DNA of 64,000 nt, taken from assembly GCF_006345805.1 (NCBI RefSeq), contig NC_043002.1, positions 53,630,001-53,694,000 on the forward strand, written 5' to 3'. Positions 53,223 to 64,000 of the stretch are shown piece by piece (position 1 is the stretch's first letter; the number at the start of each line of letters is the position of its first letter). This DNA is from Octopus sinensis. Its lineage: Eukaryota. A program made the translations under genes and the position numbers. Under the pieces are notes generated by a model. It made no database searches. It saw only the letters and a program-made list of their open reading frames with translations, and was not told the origin of the DNA.

Positions 53223-53409
53223 TACATATATACATACAATTGGTCCGGGGGGTACTAGTTGGTAAATGTTTTTCATTTCCAAATTTATTCCTGTCGAATT
53301 TTATCCTTTATTTTTGTGTTTTACAGAACCTAGCTGTTCTTTCTAATGTGTTGAATTTCACGCAAAGTGGATTCCTTATGTGTATAAATATGCACTATAT
53401 CGTATGACT

Positions 53410-53880
53410 AATATATAGTCTTCTTGAAGAGTATTGAAGAGTAGTGGGCCTTTGAACCCTAGACTACTAAATTTAGATAGAGTGGGTGGTACCTTTGGTA
53501 CAATACAGTGGCGTCCAATACTGACATTTGTATAATATTGAATGCCGAAATTAAGTCGTAGCCCTTTTAGAGTATTCGATATGTAGATTATTATATATCT
53601 GTCGAGCCTTGCTTCCTAGTAATTAAGTCATAGTTGTTTCAGCCTCTCCCTATAGCTCATCCGCTGTACTGTTTTCGTCTTTTTTGTGTGCTGATGTTAG
53701 ACCGCTTCAAGCTCCCCTGTTAATTTGAAACTATGTGGTGACCATAGCTGAGAGCAATAGTCAAGACAGCTAAGACCAGCCTCAGATTGCCCAACAATCT
53801 GCTGGTTACTCTTCGCAAATGTCTAATATAATGGCACCGACAATGAAAAAGAATAATTACATTGTAAATTCTATACCTCT
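53410..53880 (-). mobile_element. CR1/L2-like LINE 3' fragment
   Basis: LSCLDYCSQLWSPHS..LEAV..TK..MSYRERLKQL..RYIIIY..SLGFKGPLLFNTL. Confidence 0.85.
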
Positions 53881-53916
53881 GAAAATATATTAAGACGCTT
53901 AGATCTTGCATGCCTG

Positions 53917-54003
<87 letters not shown>

Positions 54004-54659
54004 TGTATGTATGTATGTATGTATGTGTGTGTGTGTGTGTGTGTTACACAAACATATACGCATTAAATGTTAAGCATTTAATAGCATATATATTACATAA
54101 ATGTACTACGTAACCATTTTACCTGTCAAACTTTTGTTGATGGAGACTATTGTAGGAGACATTTCCTCCTGGCACCATTCAGAGGAATCGAGCTGGAGAC
54201 GACGCTTTGTTAGTTTTGAAATGAAACCTTGTATTTTTATCAGTCGCTTGTGTCTATGTTCATGAAAACAGGTTCATTCGTATGATATTCGAACTGTGTT
54301 ATTTATACATGTGACCAGCAGGTAAAACATGCTGTTACATTCCTAAATGAGTAAGAATATATTGAAGATTGCAATATAATTAGAAACTTGTTGCTTTTGG
54401 ATATCTAAGTGAATAACATCGATTTAAAAGTAAATGAAGAAATATGTATTTAGGATGTTATCGTGTTACTTATTGGACAGCATCTAATACTTCACATCTA
54501 AAAACCGGAAGTCACAGACGTTTGACGTCTCACGATTTCTTGTGTGCGTGCTAGCTTCTAGGTTTAGTATTATGATCTATTGTTATACACTAACAATACC
54601 AATTTAAGTAAATGCTCAAATGATTATATTATCAATATATTAATGGAATTATTCTTTTA

Positions 54660-55005
54660 TTTCGTCACTTGTTTCAATCATTAGATTGCGGTCTTGCTGG
54701 GGCACTGCCTTGAAGAGTTCTTAGTCGAATGAATCGACCCCAGTACTTATTCTATCTTTCTCCTTCTTGCTGAATGTCAGCACACCTACACCGTTTATCA
54801 AGCGGTGGTGGGAAACAAACACACACACATACATATATATATATACAACGGGCTTCTTTCATTTTTCGCCTACCATATCCACTCAAAAGGCTTTGATCGG
54901 CTCGAAGCTATAGTAGAAGGCACTTTCCCAAGATGTCACGCAGTGGGACTGAACCTAGAACCGTGTGTCTGGGAAGCAAGTTTCTTTCCACATTGCCACG
55001 ACAGA
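54660..55005 (-). mobile_element. SINE family C
   Basis: Reverse complement of family C tail, CORE and head. Confidence 0.8.
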
Positions 55006-55029
55006 ACTTGTAATACTAATGCATAATAT

Positions 55030-55232
55030 ACTGGTTTCAAATGTTGGCACAAGGCCAGCAGCTTCGGGTAGTGGGTAAGTCCTCAGTTGGTACTTATTAT
55101 ATCGACCCCGAAAGAATAAGAAGCATAGTCGTGACCTCGGTGTCATTTTGAACTCAGAAAATTAAGACAAACGAAAGGCCGCTAAGCATTTTGTCCGGCG
55201 CGGTAACGACTCTCCCAGTTCACCGCCTTATA
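55030..55232 (-). mobile_element. SINE family A
   Basis: 'tggtttcaaatgttggcacaaggccagc...tcgaccccgaaag...tttgaactcaga'. Confidence 0.75.
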
Positions 55233-55384
55233 CTAATATAAAATATATGGTAAATTATGATAATAGCAACAAAACAAAATTAGTATCAATTTCACCATTA
55301 ATTCCACTATTTTGTATAAGAACCCACCCAAAATAATAAAAGTGATAATCATGGTATTTTTGCCATAGTCCCTGGTATTACAAC

Positions 55385-55520
55385 AGGTGTTGGTGTGGCT
55401 GTGTGGTAAGAAGCTGACTTCCAAATCATATGGTCCAGATTAAAGTTCCACAGCATAGCGTCGGGCCGATCAATGCCTTGCGAGTGGGTCTCGTGGACGA
55501 AAAATCAAAGACGCCGGCCG
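55385..55520 (+). mobile_element. SINE family C 5' part (internally deleted)
   Basis: 'gtggctgtgtggtaagaagc...gggccgatcaatgccttgcgagtgg'. Confidence 0.6.
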
Positions 55521-55534
55521 TATACATACATACA

Positions 55535-55566
<32 letters not shown>

Positions 55567-55584
55567 ATTTTATATATATATATA

Positions 55585-55671
<87 letters not shown>

Positions 55672-55672
<1 letters not shown>

Positions 55673-57345
55673 ATTCGAGACAAAACCACTATTTTAAACC
55701 AACAAGGAAAGACTTAATCAATACATAAAATTTTAATATAAATTAAATAAACCGTCACTACAAATGTTTCATGTCTGCTACCGACAATCTTCAGGTGGAT
55801 TTTCGATCTAAAAATAGCAATATTTTAAAATATAATTTAAAATAATTTAAAATAATAAAATAATAAAATTATCAATGAAAGAATATAAAAAAATAAAATA
55901 AAAATATAATCTATATATAATCTATATATAATCTATATATAATCAATATATAATCTAAAATAATCTAAAATAAACCCTATAAACAATTGAAAATAAAAAC
56001 CTATTATAAAAGTTCTCATATTTAAAAATGTACAAAAACCAAAAAACAACAAGCAAGAAACAAAAATCAAAACCTAAAAACAAAAAACAAAAAACAAAAA
56101 ATAAACTATATACCACACATGCTCATACACTCAACACATTACTTATTCATACTTCCTCACACACACATACAACACTCAATTCATAAACAATATACATATA
56201 CCCGCTCACACATACATATACATACACATACATACAGAACACGATATATACCAATATCTATAAACACCCACACCCATACAGATGAATAAATTACGCAAAC
56301 AATCACACACACACACACACACACACACACATTTTCACACATACATAAACACTCAAAAGAAAACCGAACAATTCTTAGCACGTGGATATCAAACATTTAA
56401 AAAAAATTATGAATGGAAATGAAATCCATACATACAAGTATAAATATAACTATACAAACCCTAACACAATACACACAAACCACACATATATACACACACC
56501 ACAAACATAACCATATACACACTCACACATACATATACATACGTACAAGTCTCGATACAAACAAACTTTAATAAAACGACTATGAAAAACGAAAACTCAT
56601 ATATATTATATATATATAAAAGAGTGTGTACACGCAGACGGGTGCAATCACACGCACATTCAAAACTTACATATATAACAAGTGCATAAATAATCACACC
56701 CAATTACATAGCACTCATACACTCCCACATCTACACTACACTTGTACACTCTCACACATACATACATCCATACCTACATACAAAAATTCTTATTAAAATA
56801 ATCATGATAAATAAAATCCATACATACAAGTATAAATATAAAGATACAACCCATTACACAATACACACAAATACACACACATATATACACACACCCACAA
56901 ACATAACCATATACACACTCACACATACAAATAATACGTACAAAACTCGATACAATCAAATACGCACACGCACACAAATTCACACATACATAAACATACA
57001 AAAGAAAACAACATCTCTACACATAATACGATATATAAAATACTCCATAAGAAATCAGATTAACAAAGGAGAAAAATAGACATACCTTCTAATCAGTATC
57101 AAATTTTGAAGTGAATAAGTTTATCCGTTATTACAATAAACAAAAATTGCGTTACCATGGAACCGAACATATAAAAATTATAGCGCTACGTAAAACAGCG
57201 TCTTTAAAATTATGAATGGAATATAAAATTCTTAGCGCGTAGTAAATAAACGTAAATTAAAAAATTATGAATGGATATACAAAACTTTCTACAAATTCTT
57301 TAAAAAAAAACCATAAAAAACGAAAACTCATATAGATATTCCCTA
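55672..57345. repeat. A/C-skewed repeat with internal ~135-bp direct repeats, adjacent to a hammerhead
   Basis: 56424-56560 resembles 56814-56955; 'aaaacgaaaactcatata' at ~56586 and ~57317; G nearly absent on +. Confidence 0.6.
55756..55797 (-). ncRNA. Type I hammerhead motif
   Basis: CAC-CUGAAGA-U-UGUC-GGUAGCA-GACA-U-GAAA-CAUUUG-UA-GUG. Canonical core, GUA triplet, short or bulged helix I. Confidence 0.68.
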
Positions 57346-57417
57346 ATATTTACTTATATATATATATATATATATATACATACATACATACATACATACA
57401 TACATACATACATACAT

Positions 57418-57509
<92 letters not shown>

Positions 57510-57608
57510 TTTATTTAAAGCAGCAGAAAATTCAACAAAACCTGTTACTCTGAGTTTCCCGTTGCCGTTCATCGGACAGTTTTTGCTAGAATTTATGTGT
57601 TACTCCGG

Positions 57609-57639
<31 letters not shown>

Positions 57640-57682
57640 ATATTATATATTATATATATATATATATTATACATATATAAAA

Positions 57683-57930
57683 TGTTCCTTCTCCAGCCAT
57701 GCCAGGCTCATAAGGGCCGGTTTCCCGGTCTCAGTGGGGTAGAAATTCATCAGCTGGACGGGATGCCGGTCCGTCGCAGGATTACTCATTTATGCCAGAT
57801 GAGTGGAATGGAAGCAATGTGAAATGAAGCGTTTTGCTCAAGAACATAACGTATCGGCTGTTCCAGGAATCGAAGCCATAACCTTACGATCATGAGTTCA
57901 ACACGCTAACCACTGAGCCACGCTCCTCCA
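57683..57930 (-). mobile_element. SINE family B-related
   Basis: 'attactcatttatgccagatgagtgga...ttttgctcaagaaca...ccaggaatcgaagcc...ctaaccactgagccacgc'. Confidence 0.75.
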
Positions 57931-58109
57931 TACACAGACCCCCCACACACATGCAACAAATGCAACAAAATGCAACAAAGAAAAGTACCCCATGTATTAA
58001 AGCGCTACCAATAATTTCATACGTTGAGAAAACTCAAGCATATTCTTCAGGCGCAAACCACATATTGTAACGAACTAAAGATACCACATAATATTCGTCA
58101 AAGCGGTGC

Positions 58110-58445
58110 ACCAGCATTTTCGCTGTCAATTGACTGAAACAAGTAAAAGAATGAAAGAATATACATAGGTATTTGTGTATGTATGCGTGCGTGTCTGTGT
58201 ATCTGTGTGTGTGTGTATGTATCTTTGTGTCTGTGTTTGTCCCTCCATCGCTGTGTTTGTCCCTCCCTCTGTATTTATGCCCATGTAACTTAGCAGTTCG
58301 GTAAAAGAGTTCGACAGAATAAGTACCAAGCTTAAAAAGTAAACAAATACTAGAGTCGATTAATTTAACTAAAAGTCAAGGCGGTGCTCCAGCATGGTCG
58401 CAGTCAATTGACTGAAACAGGTAAAAGAATAAAAGAATAAAAGAA
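58110..58445 (+). mobile_element. SINE family C 3' parts
   Basis: 'aaggcggtgctccagcatggtcgcagtcaattgactgaaac' tail twice; 'taacttagcagttcgg'. Confidence 0.75.
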
Positions 58446-59543
58446 TAGTGAGTATAACACACATCACTGGTTTCGTTGCTATTGAAATGCCACCCCCAAC
58501 TCCTCTCAAAATTGTTGACCCAATGCCTCAATGAATATTGAGGCATAATTTATATTAATTTTATTGTGTTATAAGCGCTTCATTTGCATGTGACTGTATT
58601 TGTTCGAACGTTATGAAAATATGATTGGCTGCTTCTGTGGATCTATTAGTTATTGTGTATGCGTGTTAGTGTGAGTGTGTGCGTGCGTGCTTGCTCGCTT
58701 CTTGTTTAATATATAAATATTTCTTCTTTGCTTCGCAAACGTGATTTTTGGTTTTATGTATGGTAAGGATGAATGCGTATGCGTGCGTGTCCACGGACTG
58801 GATTTTGAGCATTACGGGCTATTACTGAGTATGCTTATATAGGTGTATTGCATCTTATCTTCGTATGTGTGTAGACATACAACTGTATTGTGTACATGTG
58901 AGCTATATGAAAGAAGATTACGCCCGTGTGTGTGTGTGCGTGTCCCTATATATGCGCATGTGTGTGATTCTGTATATACCAGTGCGTATATGTACGTGTG
59001 CGAGTATGTGTTTGTTCACATGTTAGCATGTATGCGACTAAGTTTTGTTTGTACGAGAGTGTCGTTTTCAATTCCGCTCTTGGAAATTTCTTCTGATACT
59101 CTATTTGCACGGCTGTCTGGAATGTTTCCAATATGTTTGCAGTTTTTCAAATTAGAATTGAAAACGAGAATAAAACGAATAAAATTTGCGCCAAGGCTGA
59201 TAGTTACAATCAATAAAAACAGAAAAGTGTTTAAATAGTCGGTTTATAGTTATGAGACAATGTCAGTTAGTAATAAAATAAGAACAAGTTCAACGTTTAT
59301 CGCGGGGTCTGGGATTGGTACAATGTTAAGATATTTGGGAGATGAGTTTCACCTATTATATTGACCTTAGTCCTTGCTGTTACTTCATTGTATCCACTGC
59401 TGGAGATATGACAGGGAAAAGCTGATCTACGCGGGATTTGAACTCCTAACGCTAAGAGTCGAAACTGTTATAGCAAGGGCAATTTATCTAGTTCTCTAAC
59501 GATTCTACTAACCCAGCTTGAGTAATAATGATAATGATAAACG

Positions 59544-59625
<82 letters not shown>

Positions 59626-59670
59626 GAAGAAGAGAAGAAGAAGAAGAAGAAGAAGAAGAAGAAGAAGAAG

Positions 59671-59699
<29 letters not shown>

Positions 59700-59702
<3 letters not shown>

Positions 59703-62222
59703 GAAGAATTGGAAGAATTCTGGAGAGAAATATGGTCGGCGAACGAACAGCCAAAAAAAAGGAGTATGAAAATAACAAACTCGGCATCTGAACAACTTTG
59801 GACCCCCATAACAACTGAAGAGGTCACCCAGGCACTGCAAAAACTAAGCAACTGGAAGGCACCTGGGCATGACAAGATCCCCAACTTCTGGTTGAAATAT
59901 CTAACAGGAATGCACAAAAAGCTGGCTGAAAACTTTAACAGCATACTAGCAGAGCCAGAGACAATGCCTGAATGGCTCACGAAGGGGAAAACCATCTTAA
60001 TTCCCAAATCAAATGAAACAACAAAACCAGAAAACTACAGACCAATAACCTGCCTCCCTACTATGTTCAAGGCATTTACTGCAGTGATATCGCAAAGGCT
60101 GAACAAGCACCTGGACGAAAACAAACTGTTCCCAGAAGAGCAGAAAGGATGCCGCAAGGGCTCATATGGCTGTAAAGATCAACTAATGATTAATAAAGCC
60201 GTAACTGAAGACAGCCACAGAAAGAAGAAAGGCCTCAGTATGGCCTGGATTGACTACAAAAAGGCGTTTGATAGCATCCCCCACACATGGATCCTCGAAA
60301 TACTAGCCATTAACAAAGTAGCACCAACAATCATAAAATTCATAGAGCACTCTATGAATAAATGGCAAACAGTCCTACACCTCCAAACAAAAGAGGGACT
60401 CATGAAAACCAAAGATATCCCCATTAGAAGAGGAATATTCCAGGGAGACACGCTCTCTCCACTCCTTTTCTGCTTGGCACTGTCACCTCTATCTGATATG
60501 CTAAATAGAACTGGATGCAGATATAAATGTTACGGCAAAACGATCAGCCATCTTTTATATATGGATGACCTAAAACTATACGCTGCAAATGACAAATAGC
60601 TGGAAACACTATTAAAGACAGTTCATGGATTTACCAAAGAAATAGATATGAAATTTGGATTAGAAAAATGCGCCAAAGTAACCATGAAAAGAGGAAAACT
60701 AGTTAAGAGTAACAACATCACACTAGATAAAACCAATGAAATAAAAGAATTAGACCAAAGCCAACTTACAAATACTTAGGAATCCATGAACTAGATAAGA
60801 CACAACACACACAAATGAAAGAGAAAATAAAAAAAGAATATTATAGACGAGTTAGATCAATACTAAAAACAGAGCTCAATGCTAAAAACAAGATAATAGG
60901 TATCAACACTTTAGCTGTCCCAGTTATAAGTTACAGCTACAATATCCTTAACTGGACACGAATGAACTGTCCAAAATAGATAGGAAAACAAGAAAAATAC
61001 TGACAGGATCTAGGATGCATCACCCAAAATCTGACATAGAAAGACTATATATACAACGTATAGAAGGTGGTAGAGGCCTTATACAGCTGGAAAACTACTA
61101 TAAAATAACCACCATAGGACTGCAAAAATACTTACTTCAGAAGGAAGGAAAACTGATCCAGATAGCAGCAAAACACGAGCAAAACAAAAAACTGTTCTCA
61201 GTATTTAAGGAAGCTGACAAATACAAACAAGAAATCATACCACCTAATAAACACAAAGAAGAAGAAGAAGATGATGAAGAAACAACAAAAGCTATAAAAC
61301 AAATGAAATCCAAGCTAAAAATAGAACAGCAACGAGCCATGATAAAACGATGGCAAGAAAAGCCCCTTCATGGTAAATACTGGACTAAACTAAACGCAAA
61401 AGAAATAGACAAAGAAAAATCCCAGCAATGGTTGAGAAGCTCAGGACTCAAAGCAGAAACAGAGGGATTTTTAATTGCAGCACAAGACCAAAGCCTCCCC
61501 ACCAGAAATTACCAAAAACATGTAATGAAAAGAAATATTACAAGTAACTGCAGAATATGTGGAGATGGACAAGAAACAATAAATCATATTATCTCTAGCT
61601 GCCCAGTCCTGGCCAAGAAGGATATATTCACAGACATGACAGAGTTGGAACCTACATACATTGGAAGCTATGCCAACATTATGGAATAACAACAGAAAAA
61701 AGATGGTATAGGCACACACCAGAAAAGGTCACAGAAAACGAGAAAGCAACCATACTCTGGGATATGCCGATACACACAGATAGAGAAATTAAGGCCAACA
61801 GACCAGATATAGTTGTCAGAGATCATGAAGAAAAAAAATGCTTTCTAATTGATGTATCAATACCGGCAGATGACAACGTGTCTCTAAAAGAAATGGAGAA
61901 ACTCTCAAAATACAAAGACCTGGAAATAGAGGTAACTAGAATGTGGAACCTGAAAACAGAAACAATTCCTATCATAGTAGGTGCATTAGGCATGATAAAA
62001 AATATTCAGACAAATACATAACAAAAACACCAGGACTTACAAACACATATAACATACAGAAAATTGCACTACTAGGCACTGCACACATCCTACGCAGAAC
62101 ACTTTCCATACAATAACCATCAGAGCATCACAACAAATCACAGCACATACCCAAGGCACACAGAGCTGCGCTCGGTAGTGAAGTGAAAGCACGCTATAAA
62201 AATAAAACTACTGAATAATAAT
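59700..62222 (+). mobile_element. 5'-truncated R4/Dong-clade non-LTR retrotransposon
   Basis: RT, CCHC knuckle and RLE domains in order; 3' UTR ends in (AAT)n; (AAT)n(GAA)n upstream. Confidence 0.95.
59709..62116 (+). pseudogene. R4/Dong RT-RLE polyprotein pseudogene
   Basis: KAPGHDKI, NYRPITCLPT, QKGCRKG, AWIDYKKAFDSIPH, RGIFQGDTLSPLLF, HLLYMDDLKL; TAG at 60597-99; YKYLG; LYIQRIEGGRGL; CRICG..ETINHIISSC; RHD; RPDIVV..CFLIDVSIP..KEMEKLSKY; KIALLGTAHILRRTL*; several frameshifts. Confidence 0.93.
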
Positions 62223-62244
62223 AATAATAATAATAATAATGATT

Positions 62245-62290
<46 letters not shown>

Positions 62291-62799
62291 CATTTATTTG
62301 CCACCAGGCCGAATGATGAGGGGGACAATACAAAACAGACATAACGTGTGGGGGGTTGACATATGAAATGATAAAATAAATAAATTAACAAAAAAGAGTA
62401 AGTATACACGGCATATGATGAAAAGGAAGGAAAAATACATAGTATACAAAGGTTGGAAAAGGAAAAAGAAAAAGAAAAGGGGACTGATAGTGATGTAGTC
62501 CGCCTGATACAGGATGACCTCTTGAGATAATCGAGGAACTCAACTGTCCAAGATCTCCCTGAACACCAGAGGTAAGTGCCCTCTTCAATTCCCTTTCTGC
62601 AACTCACAGGTCTACACACAGAGAGATACTGTCTAATCTTGCCATTTTCGCAACTTTCACCCACCTTTCAATAAACTCCCTCGAGGACAGCACATCCCTC
62701 TCCAACCTTAATTTCGTTTTCAAGTTAAAATTGAAGAAGTCAATGAGACCTCTACCAAACAGAAATGTATCTGTCCTCATGCCTTTCGGTTTCGTCCAC

Positions 62800-63140
62800 C
62801 GTGCCTAATAACCACCAAAGCTAATAAGCTGGATATTGTTATGAAAGACCAAAGCAATAAAGTTTGCTTATTGATCGACATGAGTTATCCTTATGATCAC
62901 AATATCTCACAAAAGAATTTTACAAGCTCAGAATCTATAAAGATTTGCTCACTGGAATTGAAACAGTGTGGAGTCTCAGGTGGGTTACAATACCAGTGTT
63001 TGAAAGAGCACTAGGCATGATCAAAAAGGGAACTGAAAATTAATTGAGAATGGTCCCTGGCTTACCATCCATGCAAGAAGTAAAACAGATTGCATTAACT
63101 GGTACGTTACACATATTGAGAACAATATTGTTACTGTGAA
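62800..63140 (+). mobile_element. R4/Dong-like RLE 3' fragment
   Basis: KANKLDIVMKDQSNKVCLLIDMSYPYDHNI; YKDLLTGIETVW; ALGMIKKG; MQEVKQIALTGTLHILR. Confidence 0.8.
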
Positions 63141-63194
63141 TTGTCTTTCCTTTCACCCGCCTTATTTGTTTTGTTTTTTCATTTTTTTATTTTT

Positions 63195-63560
63195 TGTATA
63201 AAAAAGAAAGAACATGTATGACAACAGACTTAGCTTGCCCCGGTGACAACAGGATCAATGTGAAAGAAGAAAAAATAAACCATTATTACGACTTGAAATT
63301 AGAAATACTAAGGTTGTGGTCAATGAGGAGAGTAGACGTGATATCAATAGTAATTGGAAGTATCAGCACTCAACTACCATCATGGCTATAAATGATTGGT
63401 GCTAGTGTGATGGTAGAACACTTACAAAAATCAAGATTGCTTGTAACTGCAGGAATTCTTCGCAGGGTTCTTGGAGCATGACCAGTAAACAAGTGTCACC
63501 TTAGTCTTGTGGCTGTGGACAGCTGAACATTCCATCATATCCAGCAAAAAAGCAGTCAAT
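63195..63560 (+). mobile_element. R4/Dong-like RLE 3' fragment
   Basis: KKERTCMTTDLACPGDNRINVKEEKINHYYDLKLEILRLW..VIG..MIGASVMVEHLQKSRLLVTAGILRRVLGA*; 3' UTR like 2904-2990. Confidence 0.8.
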
Positions 63561-64000
63561 TATTTCGATATTTGTAATGAGATGTATTTTTTTCATTCAT
63601 TTGTTGCAACGTCGGAAAATGTGGAATTTTAACTTTCAAACATATAAGGAACATAATTTAATGCCGTATTTTCGTTAACTTGTCTCATTTCTCTTGTCAT
63701 AGTCTGATAGATTCTCTTTGGGATCTCATTTCTTACTTCTTGTTTTGTACAGTACCAAGGAATCTTCCACTCAAAGAAAGAGGAAAAAGTAAGGCATGTG
63801 AATTGCAACCAAATAGAAGCACCACGCACCGACGACCTGAACTATTGCCCAATATAGATAAAATTATATTTTTATCTCTGAAACCTCGCCCTATTATGTC
63901 CAATAGCCTCGCCCCAAATCAGATGAAATTGAACTGTGTCAGTAACCGGCTTGCATTTGATGCAACGAAAATTTTGTCACCAAGTAATAAATGTTTAAGT

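Noticed and set aside
53615-53670. Minus-strand CGGAUGA...GAAAC
   Set aside because: Lies inside CR1-like coding sequence (RMSYRERLKQL); no NUH site.
54505-54530. ETS (CCGGAAGT) and CRE-like (TGACGTC) motifs
   Set aside because: Short motifs expected by chance; no CpG-rich region or gene start nearby.

Overview
AT-rich animal genomic DNA, almost certainly from an octopus (inferred from three abundant tRNA-derived SINE families matching octopus OK/OR-type SINEs and very dense microsatellites). No host protein-coding gene could be established; the window is an intergenic or intronic repeat landscape. It holds three full-length mariners (13.8, 22.8, 33.7 kb), Tc1 and DD37D/maT remnants, a MITE, two Helitron-like non-autonomous elements, and CR1/L2 and RTE LINE fragments. 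It also has a Penelope-like RT/GIY-YIG remnant (36.8 kb), a 2.5-kb decayed R4/Dong-type element in an (AAT)n tract (59.7-62.2 kb) with five smaller RLE-domain fragments, and a 100-N gap. The main signal is a set of minimal type I hammerhead ribozyme motifs in at least six different repeat families, all with palindromic or near-palindromic helix III (the Penelope/retrozyme dimer-type architecture). The best one lies in a 480-bp unit arranged as a partial tandem plus a 362-bp near-perfect inverted copy (15151-16191). Motifs were folded by eye and activity is untested. Boundaries of decayed repeats are approximate.
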